Assembly (NCBI GenBank): GCA_951406725.2
Contig: OX597817.1
Coordinates: 125,178,001-125,242,000 of the forward strand
Direction: 5' to 3'
DNA: 64,000 bases
Source: Octopus vulgaris
Taxonomy: Eukaryota
Notes under the pieces: model-generated
What the model saw: only the letters and a program-made list of their open reading frames with translations
Database searches by the model: none
Told to the model about the DNA's origin: nothing
Part shown: positions 52,870-64,000 of the stretch, piece by piece
Position numbering within the stretch: the first letter of the stretch is position 1
Layout: every line of letters starts with the position of its first letter
Program-made: the position numbers and the translations under genes

Positions 52870-53520
52870 AAAAAACAGAATTTCTTATCTGAGCATCTTC
52901 TGAATTCATATTCTGTTGGTAGAGTTTATTATTTAAATGATAAACTTTTGGAAAGATTTTTACAGTTCTAGTGATTGATTGGATCTGTAGCCTTCGAATT
53001 AGCTTTCGCCTTTCTGGTTTTGAGAAGCTTAATTTCCCAAGATTGGTATTTAGGCAGTGTGCTACATATCCCAGGGCCTCAATAATTACAGGTATAAACC
53101 CGAACTTGTAACCTGCATATAGTAACTGTAGATTGCTCAATAGTTCAGCATAGGTATTCTCTTTTTTCACTGATCTTCAGTTTTATGTTAACATCCACTG
53201 GGCAGCTAATTTCCACAACTGTGCACAGTTTCTCTTCTCTATCTCAAATCATTATATCAGGTCTGTCATGCTTACATTTTATTGAGGCCTTCCACCAGTA
53301 TTCCTTTTCATTATGAGTGGCTATGGCTTCTAGCATATTGTGGGTTTTTATTTCTTTGTCCTCGGGATTATCCTTCTGACACATTTCATTATAAATTGTC
53401 CAAGCTACATCATGTCTCATTGGTAGATAACACCGTGATGACATTTTTCAGACAACTGTGTATGATGTGGGTGATATCTTCAGTGTGAACTCCACAGTCT
53501 GCACCAGTTGTCACATTTTA
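52870..53520 (-). pseudogene. Dong/R4-type LINE 3' fragment (CCHC + restriction-like endonuclease)
   Basis: ORFs 53244-53444 (YLPMRHDVA..KCKHDRPDIMI) and 52739-53170 (KKENTYAELL..FIPVIIEALG). Confidence 0.8.
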
Positions 53521-53599
53521 TGGCTTTTCTGTATACGTATGTATGTATGTATTATCTCTTTCAAGAGGGAAAGAGAAAAGTCTATCCTGAATCTCAACA

Positions 53600-55160
53600 G
53601 GCCATACTTTAAACTTAGAACTACTTGCAATTTACCTATACAGCTCCAATTTAAAAATTTAGTTTTAAGTTTCTTATCAGATTGAAATTCATGTGGTTGC
53701 TTTCTTCAGAAACGATCAAAGAGAGATTTCAAAACAAACAATATATTTGCACAATGGAAACTAATTATCTCTCAACGACATTGGAAAATGTTAAATGTGA
53801 TAAACAATGTCTCCTAAGACAATGGTTGTCTTCCATTCTATTTCTGAATTGGGATAAACCCCACCTCCCCCAAAGAGCCCCCACACAAATATAAACAATA
53901 GAAAGGTATGCAATGTTATCTTGATGATCAAGTTTTGTATTCTTTTGTAATAAATTAAACATGGCAATGTCTGATAAAGTAAATAAAATGCACTAAAATA
54001 GTTTTCTTTTTGAGGACAAGAGATCAAAAAAATTAAGATTGCAAAAGAGGAAAGAGCACTGATAAATTACAGCATTATATTTTAACTTAAGTAAAGAAAT
54101 TCCATTTCAAAATCTCAATAAATAGTGATAAAGCTTTTAACCATTATTAGCCAAAGATTTAACAAAAGGAAAAAGAGGGAAAATAAGATCAGCAGGAAGA
54201 TTTACTTTAATAGTGATTCTTTTATCAAGTACAAAAGACTTAAATTTAAGTTAATAGGTAAATGAAACATTGAGATACTGTTGCATTTCCAAATGGCATT
54301 AGGGATAAAACTGCAGTAAACTTGGATTGAATGGGAAATAATGCTATTATCACAGTTTTAACTTACTAAGAGTTTTCCTCTTACTGTATCAATGATTACA
54401 ACCAGATATTTTAATATAGCTATTTTTACAAAGCAGTAGAGATAACAGGCTGACTAAATTCACTGTTATAAGGGTAGTTATTTCTTTGGAAGAATGAATT
54501 TCAAAAATCAAGATAATTGATTCCAACTCAGAGTGTAAGAAGATGGAAATAAATATCTTATCAACCAACATGCTGAATTCATCTTTGGTAATATTGGTTT
54601 CTTTCAACAAAATTTGTTTAGTAGTTAGTCAGAAAAGGGAAAAAGCAATCACTACTCATGACTATTTACACATCATTTAAGATTAGTGAGACTTGGTTTT
54701 AGTATCTGAATATCAGTGTCTGCAAGATGATTATTAATGAAAAGGGAATTCCACAGAGCTACCTAATCCAAATTTCATATAACAGAGAGAACTGCATTAA
54801 AAGGTACCCTAATACTAAGTGGTGGTGTTAAATTTAGCAATAGCTTAGTTCTTTGAAACAAAAAACAAATAAAGTGCTATTGGTTTTCTTGGCATCTTCT
54901 TTAAAGAACTATCTAAAAGAACTAAAAGATGTCTGCTTTGTATTCATCAGAAAATCCCCACCAAGGCCGTTTTAGCAGCATTATAGACCCCTGGGAAAAT
55001 CAGTGCACTGGGCCGTATAGTGGTTGTTTATTAACAGTAAACCACGGAATATAGGGAATAGAATTTGGACCCTAGTACTGCATTTCTGTAGCAATAGTAA
55101 TGCATTATGTCTTTCCTTAAACGGTTTTCTAATAGTTGAAAGGACTTCTACAAGGCAATT
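53600..55160 (-). pseudogene. Very degraded L1/Tx1-like ORF2 5' region
   Basis: Weak motifs only: 'VGDF'-like at ~54950 and AIWKCNS (WKLNxS-like) at ~54280. Confidence 0.3.
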
Positions 55161-55163
55161 AGA

Positions 55164-55212
<49 letters not shown>

Positions 55213-55775
55213 AAAGAGGAAATAAAGATACAAGAAAACACAAAGAAAGAAAGAAGTAAAATAATTTAATAAATAAAAGGAAAGTGGGTAGAAAATTTGA
55301 ACAGAGATGTGTAGGAAAAATGTAGAATACATACAAACACACACATACACATATAAACATATAAGCATTTGTATGTCTGTTTCTTCCCTGTTGGCATGGG
55401 TTAGATGAAACATATTCAAGCAAATTGTCAACAGCTGGATGCTCTTCTTGTTACCATCACTATCAAGTAAAGCAAGTTTTAATTTTTTTTTTATTGCACT
55501 GGTCCTTACATACTGAAATATGGAATTATGAAACCTTTTTTTTACTCCAAGTTGTATACAAAAATACCATTTTCTGCCATACAGTGATATTGAGAATTCA
55601 TGACATGACATTCACACACAAATATACATATATATCTCTAAGCTTCATGAGGTGATTTGGTAGATGGAAACTGAAAAACAGCTAAACATACATACATGCA
55701 TACATACATACATATGTATGTGCACACACACACACACATACATGCATTTATACAATCATACATTCATATTTGGAA

Positions 55776-55905
55776 ATACTGTTGCATTTCCAAATGGCAT
55801 TAGGGATAAAACTGCAGTAAAATTGGATTGAATGGGAAATAATGTTGTTATCACAGTCTTAACTTGCTAAGAGTTTTCCTCTTACTATATCAATGATTAC
55901 AACCA
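55776..55905 (+). repeat. 130-bp direct copy of 54275-54404
   Basis: atactgttgcatttccaaatggcattaggg..caatgattacaacca occurs twice with a few substitutions. Confidence 0.9.
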
Positions 55906-56007
55906 TTTTTCAATTTCATTTCAAGATTTGACAATAGAGAAAGAACTGGTTTCTAACCTAGATCTATTCTCCTTCATTGGAAGTTGAACATCAGTAACAA
56001 GGATTTT

Positions 56008-56165
56008 TGTATGTATGCATGCATGTATGTATGTATGTATGTATGTATGTATGTATGTATGTATGTATGTATGTATGTATGTATGTATGTATGTATGTAT
56101 GTATGCATGTATGTATGCATGCATGTATGTATGCATGTATGTATGTATGTATGTATGTATATATA
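56008..56165. repeat. (TATG)n microsatellite
   Basis: Direct reading. Confidence 0.95.
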
Positions 56166-56619
56166 CATGTGTGTGTATGTGTGTGTGTGTTTACATTTTC
56201 ACTTCTCTGTATATTGCTGAGCTGCAACAGGAGTTAGTCATGTAATTTCTCCAGTCAACAAGGCACATGATAGTAAATCAGTACCTTAATATATTCATCT
56301 GGCCCATATTTGCATGGAAAAACACATCTTTCTCTCTCTCTCTCTTTCCCTCTCTTTCTCTCACACACACACATACACACACAAACCCATATATATATAT
56401 ATATATATATATACATACATAAATATATGTATATAACTAATATATAAATAATATATATATATATAAGTATATATAAAATAAAATACAAAATGGGACAAGA
56501 ATGCAAAACATCCAAATAGACGATACAGAAAAACACGGACATTCAAAGCCTTTTGTCTTCAGTCAAGAACCGGATCATCCTCGCAATTTTGGCTCATTAA
56601 TCTTATAGTATGTGCGTAT

Positions 56620-57078
56620 GTTGGCACATGCATGGCTATATGTTGAGAAGTTTGCTTGCAAATTACATAGTTTTGGGTTCTGTTCCACTGCATGGCACCT
56701 TGGTTTGTGAATTTGGTTGTGACTGAATTATGAGTGAATTTTGTTGATAAAACTGTGCTGTGTGTATGTGTGTGTGTTTTTGTGCACATGCACTCATGTG
56801 CATGCATGCTTGTGTGTGTGTGTGTGTGTGTGTCTTTGTGCATGTGTTTGTTTATTTGTGTGTTACGGTGTATGTCTCTATAGAGTTTGTGTTTGTCTCA
56901 CTGCTTGGCAACTGGTGTTAGCTTGTTCATGTGCTTGCAATTTGACTGCACAGTTAAAAGAGACCAATAAAATATCTATCAAATTTAAAATAAATACTGT
57001 GGTTGATTTGATAATCTAAAAGCTTCAAGTTGATGCTCCAGTATGGACACAGACCAATATCTAAAACAGCTAAAAGAA
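56620..57078 (+). mobile_element. Old SINE family 'A' copy
   Basis: Degenerate head ggcacatgcatggcta..gggttctgttccactgcatggcacctt and tail gctccagtatggacacag. Confidence 0.6.
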
Positions 57079-58006
57079 CTAATATTTATAAGAATGTGTT
57101 AAACTGAAGATGAAACACAATTATGTTGAAGGAAGTGCAAATAAATTTCAAAGAGGTTATGAGGCTGTGTAACATGAAAAAGAAAGGGGAAAACTTTTGG
57201 ATGATTAAAATAATAATGAAGAAAAAAATGGAATATGGTTTGCATTACCAAAGTGAATCAGAAAAGACATGGTTTAATAAATTCATTAGAAAAACAAACT
57301 GAATGTTAAGAAATTCAATGCTACTAAATCTGAGGATGCAGAAAAATTTCATTCATTAAAATACAATTGTCTTTGTTATCCCTATGAAATTAGTGACTCA
57401 TAAATTTGGACCCACCACTGTGTGTCTTTTAACTGTTACTCTTGTAGTTGTTTTAATAGCTGCGATTGTAGCCCCAGTCTAGCCTTGTGAAGCAGGCCTA
57501 TGATCAATGGCATTCAAGCCATAAACATCTGGTCATTTTATTTTAACTAGGCTCAGTGTATCTAAAATAGGATTATGCAATGGGTCTATCCTCTAGATAG
57601 AATACTTTAGAGTATAATTCGAAAGAAATTTGACTGCTATTTCTTGCAGTTCACTCTATTACAAAGTGGTTCCCATTTCCATTTGACATGTTTTGTTGAG
57701 GCTTTTGAGAGTCAATTAGATGAACTTGCAACTTCATTTTGATTTCTCTTTGTGACCATTTTTCCTTCACTTATATGTAATGTTCATGAAAAAAATATTG
57801 AAGATCATACAATCTCATCGCTCTCTCTTACACAGGTCATATGTAAAAAAAATATCAATAATCAATATAATGAAAGCAGCTGATTAGACTTGAAAGTGTA
57901 ATGTTGATGCAGTAGTAGATGAGAGCAAACACATGTGAAGGACACACCTAATCAATCTCTTCAATGATTGATTGGTTGGTTGAATGACTTCATTGACTGA
58001 TTGATT

Positions 58007-58045
<39 letters not shown>

Positions 58046-58876
58046 GGGATGGAGAAAAAGAAAAGAGAGAAAGGGAGAGATAATATTTGGAATTAACAAA
58101 AAGTATGTCCAGAGGAATCAAATTAAAAGATCCTCTCAATTTTGAAGCCATAAATTCAGGACAAAAATCTCAGTAGACTTTTGCAAAGTGTTGATTTATT
58201 CTTAGAGTTCATTTTTCTGTGAAGTTGATACAATGGATTAAACACTGCTCTTGTGTGAATAAAAAAAATTTCCAAGGGAAACATTCCCCATGAAGAACAT
58301 GCAGTTCAGTGTGAATAAGTGTGAAGTGATATACTTAATGTAGCAAGCACTAAACAATTCCCTATCATTTGATATTACATCAGCTACGAGAAAACAAGCC
58401 ATAGCATTAATGACAGTATTTGTAAAGAAATACAAGTGAGTAAACTCTGAAATATAGACTGATTAAAATTTAAATGAAGATATAAACTGGTGAGTAAGTT
58501 GTGATCTATGTTAGGTATGGAGGCAGCATAAGGGACGTTTTAGTTTGCTTTGTAGTCTGCTTTCATCATGGCTTTAGTCTAGAAGTGAACTTAAATGCAA
58601 TGTGATAAGATAACAAAAATCTTGTTAATTATATAAAGCTCCTTTTTCCGAGCAGTCATCAGGTTTACCATTTTATTACAGTAGGATCTGTGAAGCCAGT
58701 GTGAGTTAAGTATCTTAAATATTCAGACTGCACTGCACCAGTGATAACATATTTACTTGGGACAGGAATTTTCAAACATAGCCTTCTTGGGCTTACTTAT
58801 ATTTGTAGAGTCGAATGCTCGTACACACAAAAGCTGAAAGGGAGAATGAGGATGCCAATCACAAGTACACATACAC

Positions 58877-58920
<44 letters not shown>

Positions 58921-59239
58921 ATGTGTGTGTGCACGTGTGTGTGCACGTGTGTGAGTGTGTGTGTGTATCTTTCATACATACTTATTGGTGAAGAAAGGAA
59001 ACATCATCAAAGAAGGTAAAAAAGTTAGTGCCTTTGAACAAATATACCCTATGTGATATTTGTTACATCTGCTGTATAGATAGTTCTTTGTCATCCCTGT
59101 ATCAGAAGGGTAGTGAACCAATAACTGGCCTGTGAGAAAAATCTGTGATCAGTAACATTATTTTTCACTGAGTACCTGATATACAATAAATAAATAAATG
59201 AATAAACTTTGACCTTTCAGATGGTAGTCTGACACTTAC

Positions 59240-59280
59240 CATATCAACCCAAACAGCTTCAACTGACAATGAGATGACAT
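59240..59280 (-). other. Candidate 41-nt internal exon of an unidentified minus-strand gene
   Basis: ttattttaataaacttcag|atgtc..gatatg|gtaagt; two frames open (xVISLSVEAVWVDM or MSSHCQLKLFGLI); unique AT-rich flanks. Confidence 0.3.
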
Positions 59281-60434
59281 CTGAAGTTTATTAAAATAAA
59301 TTTGCAAAGAATTCTCAATGCTTTTGTTATAAGTGTCTATGAATGAACTGTCAAAGAAACAATTAATTTTCCTCTATCACATAGACAGAATCACATGACT
59401 AAGCTACATAACTCATTCTTTAAACATCTTTGTTCACTAAATTTATTTGAAATATATATTTTAACTAACTTTTTAGCAAATTATATAAACACACTTCATC
59501 TTTAAAGAATGAATTTTCTTCATAGACACCTAGTTCATCACCCTATTTTAAGTATACCCAAGTCATATATATACATATATTTATGATGGCAAGTTCTCAT
59601 GATTAAAACATATTACAACCTATAGGAAAGTTTGTGAGATCTTTAGTTGATATAAAATTATGCCAAATTTATCACGAATCGAAATTGTTGTATTTTTTCT
59701 TGAAGTACCTCTTAAAAATACATAAAATAATCATTTTCAAAAGTAAATTTCTTTCATCAATATTTTATGGATATCAAAAATGTAAGGTTGTTTTTTAAAT
59801 GGGTAATTTTAGTAAAATTTATGACTCATGTAATTCAAACATTAAACAGATACAACCTAATTTATAAATATAATAAAACGCATTTTTTCCTTCTTCTAAT
59901 TTTATGTCTGTTAAACTTCTCAAGATAAAATATAATTATAATAGTATTTCAATAATTCTTTAATTAAATTAACTTCATTAGTAAGACTGATGATTTAGAT
60001 GTTACTTAATTTTCCATTTTCACTTATATGACTCTGTATTTTGCAAATTCCATGATTCAATAATTTTAATAAGTTTGATAAACGATCTTGAATATGTCAG
60101 TGCTTTTGAGTGATAAGGAAGCTGGGTATTATTATGTCCACATACTTTATTGCATAATGGGCTTACATTATACTTATGTGTATGTGTCTGTGTATGCATA
60201 TGAATACACACACAAACACACACACGCACACACACAAACACATATATATATACACATATATGTATACAAACACATATACGTGTGTGCATGTGTGTGTGTG
60301 TAGAACAGATAAGAGAACTGAGATAAGAGAGCATATCTTTATTTCATTTGCTTACAGCTGTTTCATAATCTTGTTATGTATATAATAAATGTTAAAGCAA
60401 TATTATCAAGCATACAAAATGTACATTCAAATAT

Positions 60435-61000
60435 CATCATCATCAACAACATTGTTTAACATCCGTTTTCCATGCTGGCATAGGTTGGATGGTTTGACTG
60501 AGGTCTGGAAAGCCAGCAGCTGCACCAGGCTCCAGTCTGATCTGTCAATGTTTCTACAGCTGGATGCCCTTCCTAACCCCAGCATGAGAGCCAGTCAGGC
60601 AGTACTGGCATCAGCCATGTTAAGTTGGTGCTTTTTTTATGTGCTACCAGCACAGGAGCCATTCGGGTCAGGGGGGCTAGCATCAACCATGTTCAGATGG
60701 TGCTTTTTACATCCCACCATCACATGGAGCAAGTCAGGCAGCACTGGCATTGGCCACAACTACAATTTCCCTTTTTGATTTCAATTTGATTGAGATTCTG
60801 ATTGTGATTTTGATTTTACTTGACACAATAGGTCTCCTCAAGCATGTTGCCCGACAATTCAGAGGTACTTTTTAAATGGGATGGTTATGTGACACTGGTA
60901 TAGGCTACAGCTGTGATCTCACTTTACTTGTCGGGTCTTCTCAATCAGAGCATATCTCCAGAGGTCTTGGTCTTTTGTCATTGCCTCTGTGAGGCCCAGC
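60435..61000 (-). mobile_element. Longer SINE-like family 'B' copy
   Basis: gtttaacatccgttttccatgctggc..ctggatgcccttcctaac..ggtctcctcaagca. Confidence 0.75.
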
Positions 61001-61129
61001 ATTTGAGTTCATATGAGCTCCAGATATCACCACCAGCTTCTTGAGTCTCCCAGGAATTGCATCAGCTGATTTCACTAGAAACTCTTGTGGGATGGAAGAA
61101 GACTTAACTTCTCACAGTCGCCCTTCAAG

Positions 61130-61413
61130 TTCTTTGAAAGTCTTTGGCTTTGTACAGTAGACTTGTTCATTTAACCAACCCCACCAAAAAGAAGTCACAG
61201 GGTGTTAAATTGGAACTCTTAGCTGGCCACTCATGTGGACCACAAAGACCTAACCATCTCTTGGGTAACTGAGCATTCAGCCATCCACATATACGATTAT
61301 AGGTTAAATTCTCATACCTCAAACGACAAACACAAAAATTTGAGAAAAAATTACAATTAATATATAATTTATAAGTATTTTAAAATAGAGAGTTACTATT
61401 AGCTCACCCTGTA
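61130..61413 (-). mobile_element. Tc1/mariner-superfamily remnant
   Basis: Minus strand GPHEWPAKSSNLTPCDFF (WPxRSPDLTPCDFF motif); terminus TA|CAGGGTGAGC at 61413. Confidence 0.65.
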
Positions 61414-62454
61414 TCTGCATGTGAATGCCTATAAATACAAGGGTGCTAAAAAGAGAACTAACAAACTAATCATCAGAATGATTTATGGTAGTTGAAAACA
61501 TTAGCTCTAATACAGGGAGTAAGCTGACCATATATATATATGAATGGATAATAGATGTATTCAGCACTTTGCCATTTATGATTTACTTTAAGGGAACAAT
61601 GGATATAGATCAACACAAATTCAGAGAAAGAATCAGTAAATAGATACCATAAAGAAAAAATAAGAAAAATAATAGCCAAAGAAACAATTTGAAATAATCA
61701 GAAAAATATATAAGAAAATAATAAAACAGGATTATCAAAGAAATTGGCTTTGGAGGGTGATAAGTTAACCATTAATTTTGATGAATAATAGAATAAATAA
61801 TAAATAAATATAATAAATTGTGAAATGACATATGGTCTGTAGGGAAAGAGACATGCAAAAGGAGAACAAAATAGGGCATAAAAGAAAATACAGAAGCAAA
61901 AAGGACTCAAGTTGTTGGAGTTTCACACCTTGCTGGTTTTGAGAGATGACAGCAAATTTTCAAGAATATTGATATGGTATGAGCATACACAAATTCCCAT
62001 TACAGGAATGGTCACAAACACATTAACATGTACGCTAATACATTCATATGCAAGTATTGGCAAGTACATTCCTCTAAATTTATACATACCCATATTCACA
62101 TATAGACACACACACACAGGCACACACAAATACACATACTCACACAGACACACATCTCACATATATACACACATATATACGTTATGGTACAAAGCACTAA
62201 ATTCTTTAACTTTTACTTTTAAGTTAGTGCTTTGGTCATGAACAACACAATGGTTGGACATGTTTTCAAGGAAGTTTGCAAATAAATGAGATTGCCTATA
62301 TTTGGTGCCATGTAGTGAGACTGAACCTGAAACCACTGGGTGAGAAGCACATTTCTAAAGCTCACAACTGCAAGTCAGGGGAAAGCTTTGCATTTTAATC
62401 ATTAACTGTCAAGGTGGTGCTCCAGTACAGCTGCAATCCAATGAGGGTAAAAAC

Positions 62455-62778
62455 TCCCTTTGGTCATGAATGACCATGGTATTACACCTAGAAAGTTCTT
62501 TTCTGAGACACAAGTCCTGGCAAGGTTGTTTATGGAAGACCAGCAGTCGCCCATGTAGTCTCCCCTCTCTATGCCACTGATGCTAACCATGGGAAAGGTA
62601 AAGGCTGATACAGCTTGCTACCAGTGACATAGCAACTCATTCTTACAGCTGAGTGAACTGGGGCAATGTGAAATAAAGTGTCTTGCTCAAAAGCACAGCA
62701 CACAATCTGGTCTGGGAATTGAACTCTCTACCTCATGATTGTGAACCAATATTCAAACCACTGAGCCATGCACCTTCA
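62455..62778 (-). mobile_element. tRNA-derived SINE
   Basis: Minus strand gtgaaggtgcaTGGCTCAGTGG..GAGTTCAATTCC..ttgagcaagacactttatttcac; related to the 39694 copy. Confidence 0.75.
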
Positions 62779-63772
62779 CAGAAAATCCAATGAATGAAAG
62801 ACGTAAAAAAATGAAGGAATAGCTTTCATAGGCTACTAATAGCTATGGTATATGTCTTATGTTACATTCCATATTTGATGAAATAATTAAAGCAATATAA
62901 AACATTGACTAACATTAGATTACCCCTACCACATAATTATTTCTAGTTCACAATGATATTTAATACAAAGTGTATTAAAAATGTAACTAAACTATAGCTG
63001 ACATGTTTGAATTCTGACACAGTCACATTTGATTAGATAAATAATTATAATACACTCATTAGTATATAATTACAAAACTGACATCAACAATAAGTTTAAG
63101 CAAAAATGTAAAACAGATGCCCAGAAATAAAACTTACACATCCAGCAATGAAAAAAATAATGATGTTTGTAAACAAAGTGTCAATTAAATAGAAAGAAAA
63201 TAGAACACAAAGAAAAATACAATGTTATAAGTTAAACTGAACTTTCAGACTTGTGAATCATTTGAAGTGCATGAAAGAATTTGAAAGTGTAGATTTTAGA
63301 ATAAGATTAAAAGATGTGTTCCAGAGAATTTTTTTAAATGATGGTATATATACACTAATGTTATAGCTTAAAGTTGCTTCATTATAAAGAGATAATAAAA
63401 AGACATCTTTTGCTATACACGTTTGATTGCAAACATACGCTTTTGCATCCAAAATTGTTAGTTTTCCATGTAAAGTGTACTGGGAACTTTCAAACTTCCA
63501 TGCAAACTGTGCCCATAATTTTTTAATCTTTCATGTGAAATGCACCCATAATTTCTTCGTGTGAAGTGTACCATTAATATTTTTATTTCAGCTCTAGTAT
63601 GCCATGAAGTCAAAAGTTTTGAGAACCATTGCTCTATTACTTCTATCATCTCTTTTATAGTTTCTACTCCTTTAAATTAGCTAGGCTGTGCAATTTGATT
63701 CATAGCCTCTCCCTCTTTTCAGAATAATATAACTCTTTCAATTCTACACTAATTAGATGGCATTTGTTTATA

Positions 63773-63971
63773 CAAGGAAGTGCTGAAAAGTTCCTGGTTT
63801 TGGGTAAAAGAAAATACAAGGAGGTCAGTTAACTATATGATTTTATTAAGCTTATTCCCCTTCTTAGATTCACACACTTATTGCAGCAGTCCACAAAAGA
63901 ACTTGCAAAGTTGGGTCTCCAACCAGGCCTTTTGTGATACCCTTAAAGCTGGGAACTTTTCAGCAACCCGT
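63773..63971. mobile_element. Mariner-derived MITE (~200 bp)
   Basis: TIR cores tgctgaaaagttcc / ggaacttttcagca, flanked by TA. Confidence 0.75.
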
Positions 63972-64000
63972 TATATATATTGCTCACATTTGTGAGCAAT

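Noticed and set aside
55930-56605. Further hammerhead-like fragments (55930-56005 and 56500-56605, minus strand)
   Set aside because: They look like Penelope pLTR debris, but core and stems are incomplete
58290-58345. CR1/L2-like RT motifs (MQFSVNKCEV; also SNYHPTSNL at ~21818)
   Set aside because: Single short motifs, too little to delimit an element

Overview
AT-rich, repeat-dense eukaryotic DNA. The tRNA-derived SINE families and the microsatellite load point to an octopus (coleoid cephalopod) genome; I recognised these from memory and ran no search. No intact protein-coding gene can be supported, so the window looks intronic or intergenic. Most ORFs in the track are read-through of microsatellites or SINEs. 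The real coding relics are all broken transposable elements: several Dong/R4-type LINEs (RT, CCHC knuckle, restriction-like endonuclease), one RTE LINE (APE + RT), L1/Tx1 fragments, Tc1/mariner remnants and Helitron RepHel fragments. The most notable signal is five fold-back (inverted-repeat) elements with unrelated arm sequences, plus one solo fragment, all next to microsatellites (mostly (TA)n). Each carries a type I hammerhead-ribozyme core (CUGANGA-like..GAAA(C)..GUH) of the kind known from Penelope-like retroelement pseudo-LTRs. Four of them end in a shared small hairpin just before the (TA)n tract. The largest is interrupted by a head-to-head array of non-autonomous Helitrons. All coordinates and alignments were read by eye and boundaries are approximate.
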